A stretch of DNA of 64,000 nucleotides, taken from IMG/VR virus record IMGVR_UViG_3300020419_000859, one strand, 5' to 3'. The position numbers and the translations under genes are program-made. Below the pieces are notes generated by a model. That model was not told the origin of the DNA, did no database searches, and worked only from the letters and a program-made list of their open reading frames with translations. The DNA is from a virus. Positions 30,260-37,964 of this stretch are shown piece by piece. Each line of letters starts with the position of its first letter. Within the stretch, counting starts at the first letter, position 1.

Positions 30260-31326
30260 AGATTATTTAATATACCATTACAAGTATCTTTTATTTCCTC
30301 ATCTGTTAACCATGGATGTATAGGTAAAGTTAATATAGTTTTACTAACATTTTTGGCATTTTTACAATTGTCACTTCTATGTTCTATATTTTTATACATA
30401 GGTCTTTCTGAAATAGGTTTTTCATAGTGTACTTGAGCACCTATCTTTTGTTTTATTCTATCTCTTGCCTCGCCACCTTCAACAGGATCTCCTTCATCAA
30501 ATCTTATAATATATTTGTGATACGTATGATTGAGACCGTTAGTTGGTTTGTGTACGTACATATAACCATCTAATTGTTCGTCATATTTTTTTGCTATGGC
30601 TTGTTTTGCCTCAATATATTGATTTAATTTTTTTAATCTATAATCTATAAACTTTGCGTTAAAGAATAACATTTTAGAGTTATATCCTAATACCTCGTGG
30701 TTACCATGTTTTCTTAATTTGATACACATATCAGCGTAGTCTTTGTTATCTGTCAATACCACGCCACCTCCGGCGATCCCACCTATTGTTTTGTTCGCAT
30801 TAAAGCTTATTGTACTTAATTCTCCTAGAGTACCTGCTTTAGTGCCATTAAGACTAGAACCTATGGCCTGAGCTGCGTCTTCTACAAACGCTATATTTTT
30901 CTCTTTACAAAATTTTAATATCTCTGTCACATCTGACATACTACCAAATAAATGTGGATAGACAATTGCTTTTACTTTGTCTGAATACATACGTTTGATA
31001 CTGTCAAGTGATATATGATAAGTGTATGGGTCTATATCACAAAATACTGGTGTTGCACCTACCATAGATATACAAGACGCTGTTGATATCCATGAGAAGT
31101 TGGTTGTTAATACTTCGTCTCCTGGTTTTACACCTAAACATTTTAAAGAAAACATTAAAGCGTCTGTACCGTTTTGACATGCAACGGCATATTTTCTTGG
31201 TATTATACTTGTGATTGTTTTTTCTAGAAACTCTATGTTTTGTTCCTGATTTTCTTTCATGCATTCATCAAAGAGTTTAGTATAGTTCTCTTTGTCATGC
31301 TCATATTCATATTTCCATGCGTCCAT
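30256..31326 (-). CDS. DegT/DnrJ/EryC1/StrS PLP-dependent sugar aminotransferase
   Basis: NGTDAL, GDEV, GATPVFCD, EDAAQA, SFNANK (Schiff-base Lys) and LTLPIHP. Confidence 0.93.
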   Translation of the reverse strand: MDAWKYEYEHDKENYTKLFDECMKENQEQNIEFLEKTITSIIPRKYAVACQNGTDALMFSLKCLGVKPGDEVLTTNFSWISTASCISMVGATPVFCDIDPYTYHISLDSIKRMYSDKVKAIVYPHLFGSMSDVTEILKFCKEKNIAFVEDAAQAIGSSLNGTKAGTLGELSTISFNANKTIGGIAGGGVVLTDNKDYADMCIKLRKHGNHEVLGYNSKMLFFNAKFIDYRLKKLNQYIEAKQAIAKKYDEQLDGYMYVHKPTNGLNHTYHKYIIRFDEGDPVEGGEARDRIKQKIGAQVHYEKPISERPMYKNIEHRSDNCKNAKNVSKTILTLPIHPWLTDEEIKDTCNGILNNL

Positions 31327-31706
31327 TATTTTATATCCTTTGCTACTTTTTTACCTTTTTCAAAATACGTTTCAACTTTTACTGCGTCATCTTCTTGTCT
31401 TGCTTTACAATGATGAAGACACGTTTTCAATATACTATTTATGTTGTCTCCTATATCTCTAGCCTGGATCAAGTCATTTTCAAACTTCTTCCATTCTTTC
31501 TGATCTAGTATGTCATCTATACTATTATGATCTTCTAACTTACTAACTTTATAAAGAGGTTGATACTTTTCATCTTTTGTTGTTTTAGGGTGATCACACC
31601 AACAACAAGGTAATAGATGACCTCTGTTATCTATCGCCAAAGGCATAGGCACAAAGCTTTTATCGTCTGGATCAGGCAGACATTTAGGTTTAATTTTTAT
31701 ATACAT
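31326..31706 (-). CDS. Stand-alone SPASM/twitch-like Fe-S domain protein
   Basis: KC...IDNRGHLLPCCWC...CxxxC; lies directly downstream of a short radical SAM gene. Confidence 0.6.
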   Translation of the reverse strand: MYIKIKPKCLPDPDDKSFVPMPLAIDNRGHLLPCCWCDHPKTTKDEKYQPLYKVSKLEDHNSIDDILDQKEWKKFENDLIQARDIGDNINSILKTCLHHCKARQEDDAVKVETYFEKGKKVAKDIK

Positions 31707-32316
31707 CGTTTTTAGATTTTAAAGCTTTTGTTGGCATAAAAGGATCGTCATCACTCAACCACCTTGAAGACTCTACAGATATAAAACTTAATCCTTCGTC
31801 TTCAGCCATTTTTTTACAAGTATCAATATCATTTTCATTATAGTTAAATCTTATACATTGCCATACAGGTGTACTTAATAAATGTTTCTTAGCCTCTTTC
31901 ATTATTTCAAACATTTTCTCCCCATCTTGGTTTTTCCTATACTTGTGGCTGTCTTTTGGTAAACCGTCACAAGCAAAAATCCAAACTGCTTTAGGGTTTG
32001 CTTTCCAAGATTTAATATACCAAGATATTGGTTTAGCTGTAGCTGCATTATGAACAAATACCTCTGGCACATCTTTTAATTCTTTCATTATCTCATTAAA
32101 TTTAGGGTGATGTACAGGATCAGATAACTGACCACAAAAAGCAACATCTTTAAAAAACTTTGCAATCATTTTAATTTCTTTTATAGTTAAGTCACGACCA
32201 TGTGGTACTAGGCCGTTATTAGTAAAAGATGTTTGCCTTTGACAATTAGGACATTCAAGAGGACACCTATGTGTCACATCTAAATTTAATCTACGTCTTT
32301 GTTTAAAGTATGTCAT
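31690..32316 (-). CDS. Radical SAM protein (core domain only)
   Basis: CPLECPNC, CGQLSDP, DGL..SH..YR and FNYNE. Confidence 0.85.
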   Translation of the reverse strand: MTYFKQRRRLNLDVTHRCPLECPNCQRQTSFTNNGLVPHGRDLTIKEIKMIAKFFKDVAFCGQLSDPVHHPKFNEIMKELKDVPEVFVHNAATAKPISWYIKSWKANPKAVWIFACDGLPKDSHKYRKNQDGEKMFEIMKEAKKHLLSTPVWQCIRFNYNENDIDTCKKMAEDEGLSFISVESSRWLSDDDPFMPTKALKSKNDVYKN

Positions 32317-33172
32317 TCATTGCCTTTATAATAACTTCTATATTTGGTTTGTTAACAGGATCAGTAAGACAGTTTGCTGGTCTTTTATAGTAAATAGGTC
32401 CTGCGTCTTTAATATTTTTATCTCTTGCATATATAAAATTCATTCCAAAGAAACGACACTCTTGCATTAATCTTGGTGCCGGATCAAATGTATGTTTAGT
32501 ATAAACGTAAGTATCAAACATGCCTAATAAATTCTTTACAGGTACAAATACATGATTTAAATTATAATCTATGTACTTATCTTTATATGCCAAGATACCA
32601 TGATTTTGGTATTTGTGAATATGTTTTTTTAGTTCAGTATAATAACTTTCGTTTGTACCTAAAAACAAATATTTAAACTTAACTTCTCTGACTATAGGTT
32701 TATATACACTGTAGTTAATAATCTTTTCAAATTGTCTACCAACACCATTAGTATAAACTTCATGGTCGCATAAGTCAATTACTTTTTCTGGTTTAAAAAA
32801 TTCTAGTGCTAAAGGATATTCTTTTGGATGATTTTCTGAATATACTGATATAAGAGGTTTCTTAAATAACAAACGTAAAGTTAATTGTGTGTCTTTATCA
32901 TAATCTTTAATACTCTTATATGCCAGAGTTATCATACTTCTACCCATGATTAAATTTACATCAGCTTCTTCATAATCAAAATACACATGTTTGAAATGTA
33001 TATACTTTTCTGTTAAGGCCTCTATGTAAGTTTCTTTGGTAAATTTATAGTGAGGTATAATTATAAGTTTTGCGTTAATACCTAAATCATTTAGATATTG
33101 TACTTGCTCAAAGCTATAATGCATTAAGCCGTCACCTGGTTTAGAAGTCACTATTACGTTTAATGTACTCAT
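32303..33172 (-). CDS. Hypothetical protein, possibly a GT-B-like fragment
   Basis: First gene after a sigma70 promoter; the FDPAPRLMQEC segment loosely resembles a GT-B donor-binding motif. Confidence 0.5.
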   Translation of the reverse strand: MSTLNVIVTSKPGDGLMHYSFEQVQYLNDLGINAKLIIIPHYKFTKETYIEALTEKYIHFKHVYFDYEEADVNLIMGRSMITLAYKSIKDYDKDTQLTLRLLFKKPLISVYSENHPKEYPLALEFFKPEKVIDLCDHEVYTNGVGRQFEKIINYSVYKPIVREVKFKYLFLGTNESYYTELKKHIHKYQNHGILAYKDKYIDYNLNHVFVPVKNLLGMFDTYVYTKHTFDPAPRLMQECRFFGMNFIYARDKNIKDAGPIYYKRPANCLTDPVNKPNIEVIIKAMNDIL

Positions 33173-33177
33173 ATATT

Positions 33178-33206
33178 AATATAACATATTATAAAATCAA
33201 AGTCAA
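33178..33206 (-). promoter_or_regulatory. Sigma70-type promoter for the minus-strand enzyme operon
   Basis: TTGACT-N17-TATATT with an extended TG. Confidence 0.65.
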
Positions 33207-33829
33207 TGCCAGTTGATTATATCTTTGATTTCTGGTTTATATTCATTATGCTTTTTGTCTCTCCAAAATGGATTATCTTGATTCGTATGTTTATAACCAA
33301 GTGCCATAGCAAACATAATTTCATCATCAATAAATTTTAGTTTTTCATCATTCCATCTTTCATCATTATTGTTAGATAAACACAATATATAAGATACGTC
33401 TAAACCTTTTTCTAAACATAATGCTGATAGTGTTTTAGCAAACATGCCAATTTCTATAGCTACATCAGCTTCATAATCTTTATATCTTTTAGGATCAGTT
33501 AATGGATAATCGTGCCCTAAATTAATTTTTCTTTGTGTTTCTGGATTAGGTTTATCAACAAGTCTTTTTGTAAATACTAAAACATATGGTGCTTGTAGTT
33601 CGTGATTTTTGTTACCACCTTTTGTAGAAGAAGACAATTTATATAATAAGTTTTTTATTTCTTTTTTAGACTTATCTAATACGTGTATTTTATATGGTAT
33701 TAAATTTTGTTTTGAGGCCACACAATCGTATGCTTTTGATAATAATGTTTCAATCATTTCTTTTGATGGCACATTATCTTTAGAGTATACTTTGATTTGT
33801 TTTCTTTTTTTTAATATATCTTCAATCAT
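33203..33829 (-). CDS. Nitroreductase-fold flavoprotein
   Basis: KRKQIKVYS, ASKQN..PY, APYVLVF, IEIG...EKGLD and LGY motifs. Confidence 0.75.
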   Translation of the reverse strand: MIEDILKKRKQIKVYSKDNVPSKEMIETLLSKAYDCVASKQNLIPYKIHVLDKSKKEIKNLLYKLSSSTKGGNKNHELQAPYVLVFTKRLVDKPNPETQRKINLGHDYPLTDPKRYKDYEADVAIEIGMFAKTLSALCLEKGLDVSYILCLSNNNDERWNDEKLKFIDDEIMFAMALGYKHTNQDNPFWRDKKHNEYKPEIKDIINWH

Positions 33830-33834
33830 ACTTC

Positions 33835-33855
33835 TATTTATATCTCATATAAATA
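33835..33855. promoter_or_regulatory. Divergent pair of T4-type late promoters
   Basis: TATAAATA on the minus strand (33835-33842) and on the plus strand (33848-33855). Confidence 0.75.
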
Positions 33856-33878
33856 GTTATATACAGAATGGAGGCTTT

Positions 33879-34037
33879 ATGACCATAAAAGAAACGCATA
33901 AAAACTTAAAAAAGAAAGTTAATGAGTTAATCGGTATAAGAAGATCAACTAGAGATTCTAAAAGTTGGTTAGATTTGAGAGAGTTAAAAAAATGGAAATT
34001 AAGAGCAAAAGACAAACTGTTAAAAAGTAAAAAATGA
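33879..34037 (+). CDS. Small basic coiled-coil protein (DUF465/YdcH-like)
   Basis: GGAGG RBS then ATG 33879; H..L...V.EL...LKK.KL..KD.L pattern. Confidence 0.6.
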   Translation: MTIKETHKNLKKKVNELIGIRRSTRDSKSWLDLRELKKWKLRAKDKLLKSKK

Positions 34038-34495
34038 AAACATATCAATACGATCTAGAAAAAATCAAACAAGAGTTATCTACTCTGCCAAATTATAACA
34101 AACAGTTATACTTACAAGGGTATTCAAAAGACATGAATCCTGAAGAAGGAGCTGGCGATGGCTATGCCATAGATAGCGTAGAACACACTTATAATATACC
34201 TCTTTTTGATATACCTTACATTAATAGTATAATGCAAGAACATAAACTTACTAGAACGAGATTGATGAGAATGAAACCAAAATCATGCTATCTATGGCAC
34301 AACGACTTAACAAAGAGATTACATATACCAATTGAAACACATGAACATTGTTTTTTGATATTAGATAATGACAGATTTCATATATCAGCCACAGGTGAAG
34401 CGTATGTGATAGATACTACAAAAAAACATACGGCGTTAAATTGTTCAACAATAAATCGTGTTCATATTGTTGGAGGTTTGCCAAATGACCAATAG
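34034..34495 (+). CDS. 2OG-Fe(II) oxygenase, aspartyl/asparaginyl beta-hydroxylase-like
   Basis: HxD (WHND), RLHIPIET, distal H (HTALN) and R.H.V. Confidence 0.8.
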   Translation: MKTYQYDLEKIKQELSTLPNYNKQLYLQGYSKDMNPEEGAGDGYAIDSVEHTYNIPLFDIPYINSIMQEHKLTRTRLMRMKPKSCYLWHNDLTKRLHIPIETHEHCFLILDNDRFHISATGEAYVIDTTKKHTALNCSTINRVHIVGGLPNDQ

Positions 34496-35837
34496 ATTTC
34501 CTACGGCCGATGAAAGATGGCCTAGAGCAGGAGAAGTTATAAAAGAAGATATACTTTATGACGCCGTTATTACATCACTGCCAGGCATGGACAAAAGTAA
34601 ACCGGCACCTGGTCCTTCTTTTCTAAAAGGTTACCTAGAACCATTAGGTTTTAAAATTAAAGTTATTGACGGCCATATGTATGACACGTTAGATAATATA
34701 GAAAAAGAAATATCAAAATACAATTTTAAATGGCTAGGTATATCAGTATTTTCTTTTATGCAAAAAGAAGATGGTTTACAATTAGGTAGAAGATTTGAAA
34801 ATGTATTTTATGGTGGTTCAGGTGTTGATATTAAATGGCCAACTCCTTATTACATAGTAGGAGAAGGAGAATATGCTTTACGTGAGTTCTTAAACGGCAA
34901 CTTTGATTATCCAGGTATTAACGGAAAACTACCAGTACAGATAGAAAACATAGAAGACTTACCACCACCAGATTATTCAGACGTAATACAACATCAAAAA
35001 TATAGAAAGTTTATAATATCAGGATCAAGAGGTTGTGTTAGAAACTGTACCTTTTGTGATGTTGCAAGTATATGGCCTAAATTTAGATGGAAGACAGGTA
35101 AAAAAATTGCCGATGAAATGCATACGATATCTGAACAAACAGATATAAACAGAGTACACTTTTCAGACTCATTAATCAATGGTTCTATGAAACATTTTAG
35201 AGATTTGTGTAGAGAGTTATCTAGCAGACCTAAAAAGATTAAATGGGAGGCACAGTTTATTGTGAGAGATAAAAAAACTTTCTCACAAGAAGACTTTGAC
35301 AATCTAGCAAATTCTGGTTGCAATGCTTTAGAAATGGGTATAGAAGCTGGTAATGAAGAAGTTAGAGATCACATGAGAAAAAAGTTTAGCAATGAAGATA
35401 TAAAATACTTTGTAGAAAACCTAGGAAAACGGAATATTAATATGAAGTTCTTACTGATTGTCGGATATCCTACGGAAACGGAAAAAATGTTTGAAGATAC
35501 TCTACAACTATTAAGAGACTATGCAAAGTATTCACATTTAATTGCCGTATCTCACCACGTAATGATGACTTTTAAAAATACTCCATTAGATTTTGATCAT
35601 AGAGAGTTATTTGATAATGAGTTCGGATTTAAATGGAAAAATGAAAACTCTGATTTTGATATAAGATTTGAAAGATTTATAAAAGTATATGAATTAGGAA
35701 AAGAGTTAGGTTACCATTTTCAAGCACACTGTTTAGAGAAAATAGAAAGATACAAATCCGATAAACTTAATGAAGATAGAAAGTCTATAGGATTTGCTCA
35801 CCCTAAAAAGAAAAATCAATTACACGTACAATCTTAA
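34485..35837 (+). CDS. Cobalamin-binding radical SAM enzyme (class B methyltransferase-like)
   Basis: N-terminal B12-binding-type segment (P..GP..L...L, GISV, GG, GEGE), then SRGCVRNCTFC, GIEAG and IVGYPTET. Confidence 0.85.
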   Translation: MTNRFPTADERWPRAGEVIKEDILYDAVITSLPGMDKSKPAPGPSFLKGYLEPLGFKIKVIDGHMYDTLDNIEKEISKYNFKWLGISVFSFMQKEDGLQLGRRFENVFYGGSGVDIKWPTPYYIVGEGEYALREFLNGNFDYPGINGKLPVQIENIEDLPPPDYSDVIQHQKYRKFIISGSRGCVRNCTFCDVASIWPKFRWKTGKKIADEMHTISEQTDINRVHFSDSLINGSMKHFRDLCRELSSRPKKIKWEAQFIVRDKKTFSQEDFDNLANSGCNALEMGIEAGNEEVRDHMRKKFSNEDIKYFVENLGKRNINMKFLLIVGYPTETEKMFEDTLQLLRDYAKYSHLIAVSHHVMMTFKNTPLDFDHRELFDNEFGFKWKNENSDFDIRFERFIKVYELGKELGYHFQAHCLEKIERYKSDKLNEDRKSIGFAHPKKKNQLHVQS

Positions 35838-37441
35838 AAAGATTTATTAAATCCTAAAGTAAACTTTCTTCCTTCTTGACTAAATCCATGAGGTGATTCA
35901 TAATTTTCATCAAGCAGATTTAACAAACTAACACCAAAGTCTATACCATAATAATTATATCCAAGATTTAAATCTAACAAATGTGTTTCAGGCATTGTTA
36001 TAGTTGACCAATTAGAATTATGTACATCTAAATGTCTGCCTTTATATTTGTAATTAGTAGTTATAGAAAAGTTATTTTCTAATTCTTTTGTATGCATAAA
36101 ACCAAGAGACCAGTTAGGTCTTCTTAATTGTACTACATCAATTTTTTTACTATTTAAATGACTAATAAAAAATTTAGAATTTTCTTGATTATAACTAAAC
36201 TCTATACCGTCAGTATTTAAATCGCCAATATCATTTTTAAATATAGTTGTTGCAAAATTATTTTTAGTTAATGTTAACTCTTGTGATTCTCCGTATTCAA
36301 TAGCAGTCCATGTTGTTTTATCTTTATAACTTGTTGATGTACTACCACTTATACTCAAACCATCTTCTATCTCTTTAAAGAAACCTAATTTATATGTTTC
36401 GTGTTCTTCATCAAACCTATGATGATATGAAAATATATTATGTGAAAAATTAAAGAAGTATCCTAAATTATGATGTTGACCTGTTAATGATTCATTATGT
36501 TTGTAATCAAAACCAAATCCATATTTTTGTTTTTGATGTGTGCCTCTTATAGTATAGTTTTCACTTTCATAATGAGCATTATCATAATCTCTATCATATT
36601 CGTGTGTATGAAAAGTTAAACTGTTATTTAAATAATCAACACCTGTTTGTAAGGCAAAGAAAGTATTATCTGCCCATTTGCCGTCTTGTATAGAAACATT
36701 ATGACCATCTATGTCAGTGAAAGTGTTTCTTGCAAACCAAGATGTTCGCCAATGTACAAGATCGTACCATTTACTTACATTAACACCTATTGTTTTATTA
36801 TTTGTTCCATCTTTTTCGTCAGCACCTGATAAAGCAGAAACGTTTTGTGATTTATGCTCACCTGCTGAAACAGATATATCAAAGTCATTTAATCTAGTAT
36901 AATAATTACCACTAATAGTTTTATCATTACCATTACCACCAACACTTAATCTTTTATCATAATCTACTGTTGTTCTAAAATTAATTGCACCACCAACAGC
37001 GTCTGCTCCCCAATGAGCACCTTGTGACCCTTTGTATACATCTATTTGTACAACATTGAACATAAAGTCTTGACCAACATCATGGGCACCTGTAGGTGTA
37101 GAGTAATCATTGATTGGTATTCCATTTAATAATACTAATGTGTGATTAGAGTTTGTGCCTCTTAAAAACACCGATGATTGTTGACCTGTAGGACCCGATT
37201 GAGTTATGTCTAAACCTTGAACATAGTTTAATACTTTAGGTAAATCAATTAGATTATACTTTTCAATTTCAGATTTTTTAATTGTATGAGTAGGTGTTAT
37301 CTTATCGCCTAATGCGTTTGAATTGTTTATGTTTGGATAAATTGTAAGACAAGGAATATCATCATCCCATTTACAATCATTTTCTTTGGAATAGGCAACA
37401 TTAGCCCATACCAAGATTAATATAAGAATTAATCTTATCAT
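35834..37441 (-). CDS. btuB: TonB-dependent outer-membrane receptor, BtuB-like (cobalamin)
   Basis: Signal peptide; plug motifs SSVFLRGTNSNHTLVLLNGIPIND and IDVYKG...WGADAVGGAINF; NLLDENYE and terminal Phe. Cobalamin riboswitch directly upstream. Confidence 0.88.
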   Translation of the reverse strand: MIRLILILILVWANVAYSKENDCKWDDDIPCLTIYPNINNSNALGDKITPTHTIKKSEIEKYNLIDLPKVLNYVQGLDITQSGPTGQQSSVFLRGTNSNHTLVLLNGIPINDYSTPTGAHDVGQDFMFNVVQIDVYKGSQGAHWGADAVGGAINFRTTVDYDKRLSVGGNGNDKTISGNYYTRLNDFDISVSAGEHKSQNVSALSGADEKDGTNNKTIGVNVSKWYDLVHWRTSWFARNTFTDIDGHNVSIQDGKWADNTFFALQTGVDYLNNSLTFHTHEYDRDYDNAHYESENYTIRGTHQKQKYGFGFDYKHNESLTGQHHNLGYFFNFSHNIFSYHHRFDEEHETYKLGFFKEIEDGLSISGSTSTSYKDKTTWTAIEYGESQELTLTKNNFATTIFKNDIGDLNTDGIEFSYNQENSKFFISHLNSKKIDVVQLRRPNWSLGFMHTKELENNFSITTNYKYKGRHLDVHNSNWSTITMPETHLLDLNLGYNYYGIDFGVSLLNLLDENYESPHGFSQEGRKFTLGFNKSF

Positions 37442-37444
37442 GTT

Positions 37445-37546
37445 GAGTCTCCTTGCTCGTTGTATGGCCTAGGTGGCATTCGGAGTATAACCGTATCAAG
37501 TAATCTGAACGAATTTCACGTCACTTTCCCACTACGCTTTTAGGCC
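37445..37546 (-). ncRNA. Class-II cobalamin riboswitch (AdoCbl-variant type), translational
   Basis: Minus strand reads GGCCTAAAAGCGTAGTGGGAAAGTGACGTGAAATTCGTTCAGATTACTTGATACGGTTATACTCCGAATGCCACCTAGGCCATACAACGAGCAAGGAGACTC. It has a closing GGCCTA/TAGGCC stem, GTGG/CCAC, a GGGAA core and a terminal GAG/CTC hairpin whose loop holds the AAGGAG RBS. The hairpin ends 3 nt before the btuB ATG. Confidence 0.93.
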
Positions 37547-37562
37547 ATTATTATATAACTAT

Positions 37563-37591
37563 ATAGTATCACATTTAATCCAAAATGGCAA
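37563..37591 (-). promoter_or_regulatory. Sigma70-type promoter for riboswitch-btuB
   Basis: TTGCCA-N17-TACTAT with an extended TG. Confidence 0.75.
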
Positions 37592-37600
37592 CTTTCCGAA

Positions 37601-37608
37601 TATAAATA
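37601..37608 (+). promoter_or_regulatory. T4-type late promoter
   Basis: TATAAATA, 5 nt before ATG 37614. Confidence 0.75.
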
Positions 37609-37613
37609 ACTGT

Positions 37614-37964
37614 ATGGCTGGCATAGCAAACTTAACAATAGATCAAGGATCAAATTTTACTTACGACCTAGAAGTCACTAACTCTGACGGATCGGCGTTT
37701 GATCTTACTGGATTTACAATGGTTGCTAAAACGGCTCAAGGATATGCAACTACTTACCCTAGAGTATTGTTTACTTGTACTTGTACAAGTGATATGGCAA
37801 AACTAGGTGTTGTGACTATTAGTTTAACTGCTGATCAAACAAAAGCTATGAAAGCTGGTCGTTGGGTTTTTGATGTTGTTGCAACTCACACTGATAGTAC
37901 GGTTACTCGTTTATTAGAGGGTATCGCAATTGTCACACCGTCTGTAGTAAAAGCCTTTACTTAA
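37614..37964 (+). CDS. Small beta-sandwich virion/fibre-associated protein
   Basis: ANLTIDQGSNF...DLTG...ISLTADQT..MKAGR.VFDV...TRLLEG...TP pattern recognised from marine T4-like phages. Confidence 0.65.
   Translation: MAGIANLTIDQGSNFTYDLEVTNSDGSAFDLTGFTMVAKTAQGYATTYPRVLFTCTCTSDMAKLGVVTISLTADQTKAMKAGRWVFDVVATHTDSTVTRLLEGIAIVTPSVVKAFT

Noticed and set aside
27605-33829. Naming the nitroreductase-fold genes bluB
   Set aside because: Only superfamily-level motifs are visible; BluB-specific residues could not be confirmed.
33609-33878. 142-aa ORF 33609-34037 as listed in the track
   Set aside because: The 5' part is antisense to the nitroreductase gene. The real start is probably ATG 33879, after the late promoter and GGAGG.
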